From the NCBI RefSeq assembly GCF_050920415.1, contig NZ_CP169309.1: 64,000 nt of DNA; one strand, 5' to 3'. A program made the translations under genes and the position numbers. This document shows positions 37,739 to 49,082 of this stretch, in pieces (position 1 is the stretch's first letter; each line of letters starts with the position of its first letter). This stretch comes from Escherichia coli (GTDB lineage: Bacteria > Pseudomonadota > Gammaproteobacteria > Enterobacterales > Enterobacteriaceae). The notes beneath the pieces are model-generated. The model was not told the DNA's origin, ran no database searches, and saw only the letters and a program-made list of their open reading frames with translations.

Positions 37739-38674
37739 ATGACTATTTATTTTATAAACTGGGTTGCAGATTATGAATTAAAAATGATCCAGTACCTGAA
37801 AAAAAAGTACAAGATAAAAAACATAACGACACCAAAAAAATACAACTGGATTAATAAGAAAATCTCAAAAATAGGGATGGATAATGCATGGCTGGGGCGA
37901 TTATTCATCAAACATTACCTAAATGATATTAAAAAAGATGACATAATTATCTTTAATGACAGTGTTATTAATAAAGGTATCAATAAACAAATATTAAAAA
38001 ACATTAACTGTCATAAAGTTTTGCTTCTAAGAAATACTGTTAGCGAAGATTTTATTTTTGATAACGCCAATTATTTCGATGTTATATATGATTTTGAACA
38101 TAGATTTATAGGGAATGAAAAGACCAAAGCAATAGAACAATTTTTTCCTATAGGGATGGAGGAGATTACGAATTATAACTTATCTGACAAAAATAACAGT
38201 CAGCCAATATGTTTCTTTCTTGGTCGAGATAAAGGGCGTCTTCAAATAATTAATGAGTTAGCCGATAGACTAGCAACACTAGGATGTAAGTTAGATTTTA
38301 ATGTTGTCAAAGATAAGACATCATCACCGACTTCAAAGTATTTGATTGAAAAACAAATGCCTTATGAAGAGAATATTAGAAGAACATTAAATGCTAATAT
38401 AATTGTTGATATAACTAAAGAAAACCAATCTGGTTGGACTCTTCGTATACTTGAGGCGCTATTTTTCAATAAGAAATTAATCACCAATAATATAAATATA
38501 CTTACTTCAGAAATCTATAGTGAGTCTCGCTTTTTTATAATAGGTCATGATGATTGGGATAAGTTAGAGTATTTTATTAACTCATCTGTTAAACCAATGG
38601 ATTATGATAGTTTATATAAATTCAGTCCAGATAAAATGATGTCAACGATTGTTTCTGATTTTATAGATAAATAA
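37739..38674 (+). CDS. waaS: LPS core biosynthesis protein WaaS (K-12-type)
   Basis: 311 aa MTIYFINW...; AT-rich coding region; position as in K-12 waa cluster. Confidence 0.8.
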   Translation: MTIYFINWVADYELKMIQYLKKKYKIKNITTPKKYNWINKKISKIGMDNAWLGRLFIKHYLNDIKKDDIIIFNDSVINKGINKQILKNINCHKVLLLRNTVSEDFIFDNANYFDVIYDFEHRFIGNEKTKAIEQFFPIGMEEITNYNLSDKNNSQPICFFLGRDKGRLQIINELADRLATLGCKLDFNVVKDKTSSPTSKYLIEKQMPYEENIRRTLNANIIVDITKENQSGWTLRILEALFFNKKLITNNINILTSEIYSESRFFIIGHDDWDKLEYFINSSVKPMDYDSLYKFSPDKMMSTIVSDFIDK

Positions 38675-38717
38675 AACCGTTAAAACAGTGAGTTTTACTC
38701 AATTAATGAGATCTTCT

Positions 38718-39797
38718 ATGAAAATAGCGTTTATCGGCGAAGCCGTTTCTGGATTTGGCGGCATGGAAACAGTCATCCGTGATGTCATTAGCAACTTCAG
38801 GCAACAACATATCCAAAGTGAAATGTTTTTCTTTTGTCGTAATGACAAAATGGATAAGGGATGGCTAGAGGGTATACAGTACTCGTGTTCATTTTCCAAT
38901 ATTCGTTTAGGCTTTTTACGTCGGGCGAAACATATTTATGCTTTAAGCAAATGGCTGCGGGATTATCAACCGGATATCGTTATTTGTATTGATGTGATCT
39001 CCTGCCTGTTTGCCGCAAAAGCACGTAAAAAATCAGGAATTGATGTGCCAGTATTTTCATGGCCACATTTTTCTTTAGATCACAAAAAACATGCTGAATA
39101 TATCACCTGTGCCGACTATCATTTAGCAATCAGCTCTGGCATTAAACAGCAAATGATTAATCGGGGTGTAGCAGAATCGACGATAAATGTTATTTTTAAT
39201 CCCGTCGAAGCCAAAGATTCAGTCATTCCCGCGCCCGAGGAAGCCGAAACGGCAACGTTCATTTATGTTGGGCGTATGAAATTTGAAGGCCAGAAGAGAG
39301 TTAAAGACCTGCTTGATGGCTTATCACAAGCGCAAGGTAACTGGAAACTCCATGTATTGGGTGATGGTTCCGATTTTGAAAAATGCCAGGCTTATAGTAG
39401 AGAACTAAATATTGATGATCGAATTGTCTGGTATGGTTGGCAACAACATCCCTGGGAATTGGTCCAGCAAGATATTAAAAAAGTGAGTGCATTATTGCTC
39501 ACGTCATCTTTTGAAGGTTTCCCAATGACCCTACTTGAAGCCTTGTCATGGGGGATTCCTTGTATCAGTGCCGATTGTGTCTCCGGGCCTGCTGACATTA
39601 TTCAACCTGATGTCAATGGTCATCTGTATCAACCGGGAGATATTGCTGGTTTTGTAACTCTTCTAAATAAATATATAGCAGGTGAAATTCATATCGAACA
39701 TGAAAAAATTCCTGCGTCGATCGATAAGTTTTACCAATCGAAGTATTACGATAGATTACATAAGATAATTATTTCTGCTATTTCCCGGAGGAAATAA
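38718..39797 (+). CDS. waaB: LPS 1,6-galactosyltransferase
   Basis: Trimmed to MKIAFIGEAVSGFGGMETV, 359 aa; GT4. Confidence 0.85.
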   Translation: MKIAFIGEAVSGFGGMETVIRDVISNFRQQHIQSEMFFFCRNDKMDKGWLEGIQYSCSFSNIRLGFLRRAKHIYALSKWLRDYQPDIVICIDVISCLFAAKARKKSGIDVPVFSWPHFSLDHKKHAEYITCADYHLAISSGIKQQMINRGVAESTINVIFNPVEAKDSVIPAPEEAETATFIYVGRMKFEGQKRVKDLLDGLSQAQGNWKLHVLGDGSDFEKCQAYSRELNIDDRIVWYGWQQHPWELVQQDIKKVSALLLTSSFEGFPMTLLEALSWGIPCISADCVSGPADIIQPDVNGHLYQPGDIAGFVTLLNKYIAGEIHIEHEKIPASIDKFYQSKYYDRLHKIIISAISRRK

Positions 39798-40816
39798 TGC
39801 AGCAGGTGTTTTTCCAGGAAACTGAGTTTCTTAATTCAGTTATTGATTATAATCATAAAGTAGAAACAGAAAATCTTTGTCTGGACATCGCTTATGGAAC
39901 TGACAAAAATTTTCTATTTGGTTGCGGAATTTCGATTGCTTCAATATTAAAGTATAATGAAGGAAGTCGATTGTGTTTCCATATTTTTACTGATTATTTT
40001 GGTGATGATGATCGTAAGTATTTTGATGCCCTGGCGTTGCAGTATGAAACCAGAATTAAAATATATCTGATTAATGGTGATCGACTGCGCTCATTGCCTA
40101 GCACAAAGAATTGGACTCATGCAATATATTTTCGTTTTGTTATTGCAGATTACTTTATTAATAAGGCGTCTAAAGTCCTTTATCTGGATGCAGATATCAT
40201 TTGTCAGGGGAATATTGAGCCACTAATTAATTTCTCATTTCCTGGCGATAAAGTCGCAATGGTTGTTACAGAAGGGCAAGCTGACTGGTGGGAAAAACGC
40301 GCCCATTCGTTAGGTGTTGTGGGAATTGCTAAAGGTTACTTTAACTCGGGTTTTTTATTGATTAATACTGCCCAATGGGCGGCTCAGCAGGTTTCTGCCC
40401 GAGCCATTGCAATGCTAAATGAGCCAGAAATAATCAAAAAGATAACACATCCTGATCAGGATGTATTAAATATGTTGCTGGCAGATAAACTTATTTTTGC
40501 TGATATTAAATATAACACCCAGTTTAGCTTAAATTATCAACTTAAAGAAAGCTTTATAAACCCAGTAACCAACGATACTATTTTTATCCATTATATCGGA
40601 CCAACCAAGCCCTGGCATGATTGGGCCTGGGATTATCCTGTATCACAAGCCTTTATGGAGGCAAAAAATGCTTCGCCATGGAAGAATACGGCGTTGCTGA
40701 AACCGAACAATAGCAATCAATTAAGATATAGCGCAAAACATATGCTTAAAAAGCATAGATATCTAAAAGGATTTAGCAACTATCTTTTTTATTTTATTGA
40801 AAAGATAAAGCATTAA
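39797..40816 (+). CDS. waaO: LPS 1,3-glucosyltransferase (WaaO/WaaI), GT8
   Basis: 339 aa; GT8 family (DxD-containing) paralogue pair with the next gene. Confidence 0.85.
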   Translation: MQQVFFQETEFLNSVIDYNHKVETENLCLDIAYGTDKNFLFGCGISIASILKYNEGSRLCFHIFTDYFGDDDRKYFDALALQYETRIKIYLINGDRLRSLPSTKNWTHAIYFRFVIADYFINKASKVLYLDADIICQGNIEPLINFSFPGDKVAMVVTEGQADWWEKRAHSLGVVGIAKGYFNSGFLLINTAQWAAQQVSARAIAMLNEPEIIKKITHPDQDVLNMLLADKLIFADIKYNTQFSLNYQLKESFINPVTNDTIFIHYIGPTKPWHDWAWDYPVSQAFMEAKNASPWKNTALLKPNNSNQLRYSAKHMLKKHRYLKGFSNYLFYFIEKIKH

Positions 40817-40855
40817 AACTGGGAAACTATAAAGTAATGATATAAGGGTAGCATT

Positions 40856-41872
40856 GTGGACTCATTTCCTGCCATAGAGATAGATAAAGTTAAAGCCTGG
40901 GATTTTCGGCTTGCTAATATAAATACTTCTGAATGTTTAAATGTTGCCTATGGTGTCGATGCTAATTATCTTGATGGTGTAGGTATTTCCATCACATCAA
41001 TTGTCCTAAATAATCGACATATTAATCTTGATTTTTATATTATTGCTGATGTTTATAATGATGGTTTTTTTCAAAAAGTTGCAAAGCTTGCAGAGCAATA
41101 CCAATTAAGAATCACGTTATATAGAATTAACACTGATAAGCTCCAGTGCTTGCCTTGTACACAGGTCTGGTCAAGAGCAATGTACTTCCGTTTATTTGCA
41201 TTTCAATTATTGGGTTTAACGCTTGATCGTTTGCTTTATCTTGATGCAGATGTTGTTTGTAAAGGCGATATTAGCCAACTATTGCATCTGGATTTAAACG
41301 GAGCGGTTGCTGCTGTTGTTAAAGATGTTGAGCCAATGCAGGAAAAGGCGGTATCCAGGTTGTCTGATCCTGAATTACTTGGGCAGTACTTTAATTCTGG
41401 TGTCGTTTATTTAGATTTAAAAAAATGGGCTGACGCAAAACTAACAGAAAAAGCGTTGTCTATTCTTATGAGTAAAGATAATGTTTATAAATACCCTGAT
41501 CAGGATGTTATGAATGTCTTACTGAAAGGGATGACAATATTTTTGCCTCGTGAGTACAATACAATTTATACAATTAAAAGTGAATTAAAAGATAAAACAC
41601 ATCAAAACTATAAAAAGCTGATTACAGAAAGTACTCTTCTTATTCATTATACAGGTGCAACTAAACCGTGGCACAAATGGGCAATTTATCCATCGGTAAA
41701 ATACTATAAAATAGCTTTAGAAAATTCGCCATGGAAAGATGACTCGCCACGAGATGCAAAATCAATTATTGAATTTAAAAAAAGATATAAACATCTTTTA
41801 GTGCAGCGTCACTATATCTCAGGAATTATAGCAGGAGTCTGTTATCTTTGCCGAAAATATTACCGTAAATAA
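40856..41872 (+). CDS. waaJ: LPS 1,2-glucosyltransferase (WaaJ/WaaR), GT8
   Basis: 338 aa, GTG start; GT8. Confidence 0.85.
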   Translation: MDSFPAIEIDKVKAWDFRLANINTSECLNVAYGVDANYLDGVGISITSIVLNNRHINLDFYIIADVYNDGFFQKVAKLAEQYQLRITLYRINTDKLQCLPCTQVWSRAMYFRLFAFQLLGLTLDRLLYLDADVVCKGDISQLLHLDLNGAVAAVVKDVEPMQEKAVSRLSDPELLGQYFNSGVVYLDLKKWADAKLTEKALSILMSKDNVYKYPDQDVMNVLLKGMTIFLPREYNTIYTIKSELKDKTHQNYKKLITESTLLIHYTGATKPWHKWAIYPSVKYYKIALENSPWKDDSPRDAKSIIEFKKRYKHLLVQRHYISGIIAGVCYLCRKYYRK

Positions 41873-41889
41873 CATTTAACTGGTTTATT

Positions 41890-42588
41890 ATGATTCAGAA
41901 GAGCAAGATCAAAGACTTGGTTGTTTTTACCGATGAAAACAATTCAAAGTATCTCAATGTATTAAATGACTTTCTTTCTTATGATATTAATATCATCAAA
42001 GTTTTTCGTTCTATAGATGATACAAAAGTCATGCTTATTGATACCGATTACGGTAAATTGATACTTAAAGTTTTTTCTCCTAAAGTTAAACGCAACGAAC
42101 GTTTCTTTAAATCTCTTTTAAAGGGAGATTATTATGAACGCCTTTTTGAGCAAACTCAAAAAGTGCGTAACGAGGGGCTACATTCTCTCAATGACTTCTA
42201 TTTGTTAGCAGAACGGAAAACATTACGTTTTGTCCATACTTACATCATGCTTATCGAATATATCGATGGCGTTGAGTTGTGTGATATCCCCGATATTGAT
42301 GAAACGTTAAAAAATAAAATTCAACAATCAATCCGTTCATTGCACGAACATGGTATGGTATCTGGTGATCCTCACCGTGGTAATTTTATTATTGAAAATG
42401 GTGAAGTACGCATTATTGATCTTTCAGGAAAACGGGCATCTTCACAACGTAAAGCGAAAGATCGTATTGATCTAGAACGACATTATGGTATTAAGAATGA
42501 GATTAAAGATCTCGGTTATTATCTTTTAGTTTATCGTAAAAAAATACGTAATCTTATGCGCCGCTTGAAAGGAAAGCCAGCACGATAA
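41890..42588 (+). CDS. waaY: LPS core heptose(II) kinase
   Basis: 232 aa kinase-like. Confidence 0.85.
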   Translation: MIQKSKIKDLVVFTDENNSKYLNVLNDFLSYDINIIKVFRSIDDTKVMLIDTDYGKLILKVFSPKVKRNERFFKSLLKGDYYERLFEQTQKVRNEGLHSLNDFYLLAERKTLRFVHTYIMLIEYIDGVELCDIPDIDETLKNKIQQSIRSLHEHGMVSGDPHRGNFIIENGEVRIIDLSGKRASSQRKAKDRIDLERHYGIKNEIKDLGYYLLVYRKKIRNLMRRLKGKPAR

Positions 42589-42659
42589 AGTAAAAGTCTT
42601 ACATTTAAACGTCTTCGTCAGAACATTTCTATGCGGAGTTATTATTTCACAGGTTTATC

Positions 42660-43511
42660 ATGAAGAATATTAGATACATTGACAAAAAAGATGTTGAAAA
42701 CCTGATAGAAAGTAAAACGTCTGATGATGTTATTATTTTTCTTTCCGGCCCCACATCGCAAAAAACACCATTGTCAGTTCTGCAGACAAGGGATGTTATT
42801 GCTGTCAATGGTTCCGCGCAATATCTACTAAGTCATAATATTATTCCCTATATTTATGTACTTACTGATGTTCGCTTCTTGCATCAGCGTCGTGATGATT
42901 TTTATAAATTTAGCCAGAGAAGTCGTTATACCATAGTAAACGTCGACGTTTATGAACACGCTTCCAAAGAAGATAAACTTTATATCCTCCAAAACTGCCT
43001 CGTATTACGGTCCTTTTACCGCCGAGAAAAAGGCGGTTTGATAAAGAAGATAAAATTTAATATATTAAGTCAGATTCATAAAGAACTGCTGATCTCTGTA
43101 CCGTTGTCTAAAAAAGGTCGTCTGGTCGGATTTAGCAAGGACATCAGTCTTGGTTATTGCTCATGCCATACTATTGCCTTTGCTGCAATTCAAATAGCAT
43201 ATACACTTAAGTATGCGCGGATTATTTGTTCTGGTCTTGATTTAACTGGTAGTTGTTCTCGTTTCTATGACGAAAGTAACAATCCTATGCCCTCGGAATT
43301 GAGTAGGGATTTGTATAAAATCTTGCCATTTTTCCGTTTTATGCGTGATAATGTAGAAGATATTAATATTTATAATTTGTCAGATGATACGGCTATTTCT
43401 TACGATGTAATTCCATTTATTAAACCTCTCGATATCAGTACAGAAGAGTCAAAGGATAAGATAAGAAAAAAAATGGAATATAAAGCTTCAACTGATTCTT
43501 ATGCTAATTAA
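42660..43511 (+). CDS. waaZ: LPS core biosynthesis protein WaaZ
   Basis: 283 aa; K-12 and R2-type core clusters carry waaZ at this position. Confidence 0.8.
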   Translation: MKNIRYIDKKDVENLIESKTSDDVIIFLSGPTSQKTPLSVLQTRDVIAVNGSAQYLLSHNIIPYIYVLTDVRFLHQRRDDFYKFSQRSRYTIVNVDVYEHASKEDKLYILQNCLVLRSFYRREKGGLIKKIKFNILSQIHKELLISVPLSKKGRLVGFSKDISLGYCSCHTIAFAAIQIAYTLKYARIICSGLDLTGSCSRFYDESNNPMPSELSRDLYKILPFFRFMRDNVEDINIYNLSDDTAISYDVIPFIKPLDISTEESKDKIRKKMEYKASTDSYAN

Positions 43512-43543
43512 TCATCCTGAAACTAAAATTATATGGTATAAAA

Positions 43544-44617
43544 ATGCGTTTAGGAACTTTTCACAAAAAGAAAAGATTTTATATAAACAAAATCAAGATT
43601 AATTTTCTTTCTTTTTTATTTCGTAAAAAAATCAATAACCAAGTTACAGATCTCGCACAAGTTAAATCATGCCTTATCATTCATGATAATAATAAACTCG
43701 GTGATTTAATTGTATTAAGTTCGATTTATCGTGAGCTTTATAGTAAAGGAGTTAAAATAACCATTCTCACAAATAGAAAGGGAGGGGAGTTTCTCTCTAA
43801 CAATAAAAATATATTTGGATTCTGTATTAAAGAATCAACAGGTTTCCTTAAAATGCTTACTCTATGTAAGCATTTGCGGGATTTACAGTTCGATATTGTA
43901 TTAGACCCCTTTGAAACTATGCCCTCATTTAAGCATAGCTTAATATTATCAAGTTTAAAAGATTCTTACATTCTGGGTTTTGATCAATGGTATAAGCGTT
44001 ACTATTCATTTTACCATCCCCATGATGAATGTTTAAAAGAACATATGAGTACACGAGCAATAGAAATACTGAAGCATATTTATGGTGAGGGTGAATTTTC
44101 CACCGACTACGACTTGCATTTGCCTGTAGATGTTGAAAATAAAATAATAGATTTTATTGGGAATACAAGGATAGTCATCATTAACCCATTAGGTGCAAAA
44201 AAAATATGCCGACTTACGTTTGAGCAAATAAAAGTTATATATCAAGAAGTGAAAGTACAATTTGAGAATTATCGAGTGATATTTACTGGGTTGCCGCAAG
44301 ATTTATTGACAATACCAATACCTGAAATCGAAACACTACCATTTGATGAGTTTATTTATACCGTTGCGTTGACCAGGTATAGTGATTTTGTCATTTCTGT
44401 TGATACAGCTCTTGTTCATATCGCTGCGGCTTATCATAAACCAACGCTTGCATTTTATCCTAATTCACGCACTCCGGAATATCCCTCACATTTAATTTGG
44501 TCCCCAAATAATCATCGGTCTATACAAATAGTATCCCCAACATTTACGGTAAAAGATATCGATCCTGAAACTTTAACTGATTCAGTAAAGAGATTAAGTT
44601 GTATAGATAAGAAGTGA
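43544..44617 (+). CDS. waaU: LPS heptosyltransferase IV (WaaU; named rfaK in older K-12 annotation)
   Basis: 357 aa GT9 heptosyltransferase-like; last gene of the waaQ operon. Confidence 0.8.
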   Translation: MRLGTFHKKKRFYINKIKINFLSFLFRKKINNQVTDLAQVKSCLIIHDNNKLGDLIVLSSIYRELYSKGVKITILTNRKGGEFLSNNKNIFGFCIKESTGFLKMLTLCKHLRDLQFDIVLDPFETMPSFKHSLILSSLKDSYILGFDQWYKRYYSFYHPHDECLKEHMSTRAIEILKHIYGEGEFSTDYDLHLPVDVENKIIDFIGNTRIVIINPLGAKKICRLTFEQIKVIYQEVKVQFENYRVIFTGLPQDLLTIPIPEIETLPFDEFIYTVALTRYSDFVISVDTALVHIAAAYHKPTLAFYPNSRTPEYPSHLIWSPNNHRSIQIVSPTFTVKDIDPETLTDSVKRLSCIDKK

Positions 44618-44634
44618 GTTTTAACTCACTTCTT
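44609..44634. terminator. Perfect palindrome spanning the waaU stop, between convergent waaU and waaL (bidirectional terminator)
   Basis: AAGAAGTGAGTT-TTAA-CTCACTTCTT. Confidence 0.55.
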
Positions 44635-44642
44635 AAACTTGT

Positions 44643-45908
44643 CTATTCTTGATTAATAGTATTGTTGCGATTATTAATAACGAGTAAGAGGACTATAGCT
44701 GATATAACGATAATTGGAATGCTGCGTGCCCATATGATTACATCACTGAGTCCAATCCCCACTATGCCAAGCGTTAATATCAACAAACCCAATGCGCGTT
44801 TTTTATATGCTGTATAAAATAGTGAATAATAGAGGAAAAGGGTAGAAAAAATCCCCATCAGACCTTTTAGTGACGCTGCTTCAATTATCTCATTATGTAG
44901 GTGTACGTTAGAAAACTCCAATGCCCCTCTTAGCCTGTTGTGTTCTGCAACTAACAAATTCATACTTTCAGCGCGCGACTCTGCAGATCTAAATGAAAAA
45001 GGTGACTTTTTGAATATATCCAAACCAATTTCGTACATTGCCAGCCTTGCACCTAAGGAAGTCACGCTATTAGCATTGGTATAACTGTTTAAATCATTTA
45101 ATGCTTCATTATAGCGATTCTGTATTGGTTTATTAAATATAATTACAATACTCGCCAATATAGCAATTAGAAGAACAATAGCGGAAGTAAATTTCTTAGG
45201 TGATTTATTATAATAAGCTATTAATGTAACAGCACAAATTCCAGGAAACAGGAGTAGTGTTGCTCTGGTTTGTGTTAGTGCCAGAACATAAAGTACCGCG
45301 CAACTATTTAATAAAAATAAAAAAGGATGGTTCTTCTTAGTATAAAGAATCGCAACACCACTAACTATCCCTATTAGCATTGTTGAATATGCCGCTCCTG
45401 TTGCCGTTCCTACACCAAAAGAAATACGGTCATATTCATGAATGCTATTAATATACATTGCATATCCAGCAATTATAAATGACAGAGAATATAAAATGTA
45501 TAATACACTCTCTTTTTTATTTTTTAGCTGACTAGTTAGTGCTAAAAAAACAATAAAAGAACCAAATATAAATATTTTGGCAGTATTTAAATAACTATGG
45601 TAAGTAGCACGAAATGGCGAGTTATCTACTTTAAATATAGAATACCAAATTAAATCAAGCAAGCCTATAAAAAATATAGAAAGGGGCAGAATAATATTTT
45701 TTATATTGTAATTTCCTTGTCTGCCACGTAAAATTAGTGATAATAGGCAAACTATAGCAGTGATATTATATATCTTTATGCTGAAAGTGTTATCGACGAA
45801 TGCAATTATCAATGAAAGAAAACATAATATATAAGTTATTACCTCTAAAATCATAGATGATTTCAGAGTGTAAGGTTTCCATGAATGAAGTTTAATGAAG
45901 GTTGGCAT
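44643..45908 (-). CDS. waaL: O-antigen ligase
   Basis: 421 aa polytopic membrane protein; very AT-rich; Wzy_C-like. Confidence 0.9.
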   Translation of the reverse strand: MPTFIKLHSWKPYTLKSSMILEVITYILCFLSLIIAFVDNTFSIKIYNITAIVCLLSLILRGRQGNYNIKNIILPLSIFFIGLLDLIWYSIFKVDNSPFRATYHSYLNTAKIFIFGSFIVFLALTSQLKNKKESVLYILYSLSFIIAGYAMYINSIHEYDRISFGVGTATGAAYSTMLIGIVSGVAILYTKKNHPFLFLLNSCAVLYVLALTQTRATLLLFPGICAVTLIAYYNKSPKKFTSAIVLLIAILASIVIIFNKPIQNRYNEALNDLNSYTNANSVTSLGARLAMYEIGLDIFKKSPFSFRSAESRAESMNLLVAEHNRLRGALEFSNVHLHNEIIEAASLKGLMGIFSTLFLYYSLFYTAYKKRALGLLILTLGIVGIGLSDVIIWARSIPIIVISAIVLLLVINNRNNTINQE

Positions 45909-45917
45909 GTTTTACCT

Positions 45918-46877
45918 TTATAATGATGATAGTTTTTCCAAAACTGCTTGACCGTTGAGATTAATTAAACTTTTTCCCGGTGCCATGCAAACTACCTGAT
46001 TCTTCCCATACCCACCAATTAATCCCGGATCGGTAGGTCCATAAACCGTGATATTGGGTCTATCCAGTGCCGCCGTTAAATGGCTTAACCCCGTATCCAC
46101 CGACACCACAAATTTAGCGCCCGCCAGCACACGAGCAACGCCTTCCAGACTCATCTTCGGCAATACTTCAACATAAGCAAATCCTTCCGCCAGTCGTTTC
46201 GCCCGTTCTTCCTCATGCGGCGCGCCCCACGGAAGTTTAATCCGTATTCCTGAATCAGCCAGTAAACCAATCAATTCTCGCCAGTGTTCTTCCGGCCAGT
46301 GTTTATCATCACGGGTCGTCGCATGAAGAAATACGGCATATTCGCCAGCATCTGTAGGCAGGTTCGTCAGGAAATGCTGTGCGATAGCATAATCGCCCTG
46401 GGTTTGCGGTTTGCTATAGCCCAGACTTTTGGCAAACAGTTCGCGGGTGCGTTCTACGGCGTGCTGCTGTTTTGCAATATGATGCTTACGATTGTAAAAC
46501 AGGCTGGCTAAGGGTTCGCGAGCGGTTTGCCAGTCCATTCCATGCTTTACGCCATGCGCCAGACGCGTCACCAGCGCCGCGCTTTTTACCAGCCCCTGAG
46601 CGTCGATAACTGCGTCATAGTTCTCTGCTTGTAGCGCTTCACGAAACGCTTTGCGTTCAGCTTTTATGGGGGCCGAGAACCAGGCTTTACGCCAGCGACG
46701 TATTGCCACAGGAATAACTCGCTCAACGGCAGCGTGCCAGGAAGGAATCTGTGCGAACCCTTCTTCCACCACCCAGTCAAACTTAATCCCTGGGATTGCC
46801 TGCTGGGCATCAGTGAGTGCGGGCAGCGTATGGAGAACATCGCCCATCGACGATGTTTTAACGATCAGAACCCGCAT
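45918..46877 (-). CDS. waaC: LPS heptosyltransferase I
   Basis: 319 aa GT9. Confidence 0.95.
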   Translation of the reverse strand: MRVLIVKTSSMGDVLHTLPALTDAQQAIPGIKFDWVVEEGFAQIPSWHAAVERVIPVAIRRWRKAWFSAPIKAERKAFREALQAENYDAVIDAQGLVKSAALVTRLAHGVKHGMDWQTAREPLASLFYNRKHHIAKQQHAVERTRELFAKSLGYSKPQTQGDYAIAQHFLTNLPTDAGEYAVFLHATTRDDKHWPEEHWRELIGLLADSGIRIKLPWGAPHEEERAKRLAEGFAYVEVLPKMSLEGVARVLAGAKFVVSVDTGLSHLTAALDRPNITVYGPTDPGLIGGYGKNQVVCMAPGKSLINLNGQAVLEKLSSL

Positions 46878-46880
46878 CCG

Positions 46881-47927
46881 TCAGGTTTCCTCTTGTAACA
46901 ATAGCGCGTTGAGTTCTTCCAGTACGCGCTGGGGAGTAATGTCGATCAAGCTCTGGTGATAACCCTCCGCAGCGTCACCTTTACGCACTTTGTGATAGCC
47001 GGTAATCAGGCGGATCACGCGCGCTTTATGGGATAGTGGCGGTGTGAAGTCCGGGCTACTCGGACCATACAGGGCAACCAAAGGACGATTGAGCGCCGCC
47101 GCAACGTGCATCAGGCCAGAATCGTTAGTGACAATGGCTTTACAGGCTGCAATCAGGATAACTGCTTGATCAAGCTGTGTTTCCCCCGCCAGGTTCCGGC
47201 ACCATGCCTGCTGCTCGGTATTCAAAGCGGCAAGAATCTCATTGCCCGCTTCATGATCTTTCGCCGAGCCAAACAGAACCACCTGATAACCTTCATCAAT
47301 CAGCTGCTTTGCCAGCTCCGCATAGTGGTAGTGTGGCCAGCGTTTTGCCGGACCAAACTCCGCTCCGGGGCAAAAGCCAATCATCGGACGTTCTGATGAA
47401 AGCGAAAATTGATTACAGGTATATGATTTTTCACCTTCGCTCACCTGCAACTGCGGCCATAACAATGGCTGCGGCAGATCTTGTGCGGTACGCATAATGC
47501 CTTTGTCATAGGCCAGCGCGACATAGCGTTCCACCATTAGCGGCCAGGCTTCTTTATCGAGCACGCGTACATCGTTAAGTAAACCGTAGCGCATCTCGCC
47601 GCGCCAGCCGGTGCGATGAGGAATACCCGCGAAGAAAGGCACTAATGCGGACTTGAAGGAGTTGGGTAAGACGTAGGCGCGGTCGTAGCGCTTTTCACGC
47701 AGACTATGACCCAGTTTGCGGCGTTCGCCGATTTCCAGCGCTCCGTGACCGAGAGGCATAGGGATAGCTTCGTTAACTTCCGGCATCCGCGATAATAACG
47801 GACGGCACCATGCCGGTGCCATCACGTCGATTATCGCCTGGGGATAGCGCGCCTGGAGCGTGCGATAGAGACTTTGCGACATCATCATGTCGCCAACCCA
47901 AGACGGGCCGATCACCAGTATTTTCAT
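46881..47927 (-). CDS. waaF: LPS heptosyltransferase II
   Basis: 348 aa GT9. Confidence 0.95.
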   Translation of the reverse strand: MKILVIGPSWVGDMMMSQSLYRTLQARYPQAIIDVMAPAWCRPLLSRMPEVNEAIPMPLGHGALEIGERRKLGHSLREKRYDRAYVLPNSFKSALVPFFAGIPHRTGWRGEMRYGLLNDVRVLDKEAWPLMVERYVALAYDKGIMRTAQDLPQPLLWPQLQVSEGEKSYTCNQFSLSSERPMIGFCPGAEFGPAKRWPHYHYAELAKQLIDEGYQVVLFGSAKDHEAGNEILAALNTEQQAWCRNLAGETQLDQAVILIAACKAIVTNDSGLMHVAAALNRPLVALYGPSSPDFTPPLSHKARVIRLITGYHKVRKGDAAEGYHQSLIDITPQRVLEELNALLLQEET

Positions 47928-47936
47928 GCAGAGCTC

Positions 47937-48869
47937 TTATGCGTCGCGATTCAGCCAGGCCATGTATTCCGTTACACCTTCAGCAACGGTTTTGAACGGT
48001 TTGTCGTAACCCGCCGCGCGCAGATTCGTCAGATCTGCCTGAGTGAACGCCTGATAGCGGCCTTTCAGTTTATCCGGGAACGGAATGTATTCGATCTGGC
48101 CTTTCTTGTGATAAGCAAGCGTAGCATCTGCTACTGCCTGGAAGGATTCTGCACGACCGGTGCCGAGGTTGAAGATGCCGGAAACGCCATTTTCCAGGAA
48201 CCACAGATTCACATCAGCCACGTCGCCCACATAGACGAAGTCACGTTTGAAGTTCTCGCTACCTTCGAACAGCTTCGGTGATTCACCGTTGTTAAGCTGA
48301 GTGTTGAGATGGAAAGCGACGCTCGCCATGCTGCCTTTATGGCCTTCACGCGGTCCATAAACGTTGAAATAGCGGAAGCCAACAATCTGCGAGTTCGCTT
48401 CTGGCAGGATTTGGCGAACATATTCATCAAACAGGAATTTTGAGTAACCGTAGACGTTCAACGGTTTTTCGTACTCGCGGGATTCAATAAAGTCGGAGGT
48501 GCGACCGCCGTAAGTGGCCGCGGAAGAGGCATACAGGAACGGGATTTCGCGTTCCAGACAGTAGTGCAGCAGCTCTTTGGAGTATTGATAGTTGTTATCC
48601 ATCATATACTTGCCATCCCACTCGGTGGTGGAAGAGCACGCGCCTTCGTGGAAAATCGCTTCGACATCGCCGAACTCTTCGCCAGCCATAATCTGGATCA
48701 GGAAGTCTTCCTTATCCATATAGTCCGCGATATCCAGATCGACCAGGTTCACAAACTTGGTGCCGTCTTTCAGGTTGTCCACCACCAGAATATCGGTGAT
48801 GCCTTTATCATTCAGGGCCTTAACGATATTGCTGCCGATAAAGCCCGCGCCGCCGGTAACGATGATCAT
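47937..48869 (-). CDS. hldD: ADP-L-glycero-D-manno-heptose 6-epimerase
   Basis: 310 aa; Rossmann fold GGAGFIGS. Confidence 0.95.
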
Positions 48870-49082
48870 AACTGTAACCTTCGAATTATGGAGTCAGAGA
48901 CAATCTCAGACACGAATGCTTCTATCATATCACTACACGGCGTTCGCTTCAGCCATTCGCCAAAAGTGAGATTGATGGACGTTATTTATCCTGAATTTTG
49001 CAGAAGTGTTAACGCGTCATCTCGTCGCAACCTATAAGTTTGGGTAATATGTGCTGGAATTTGCCCTGTCTGGAGAATCGCA

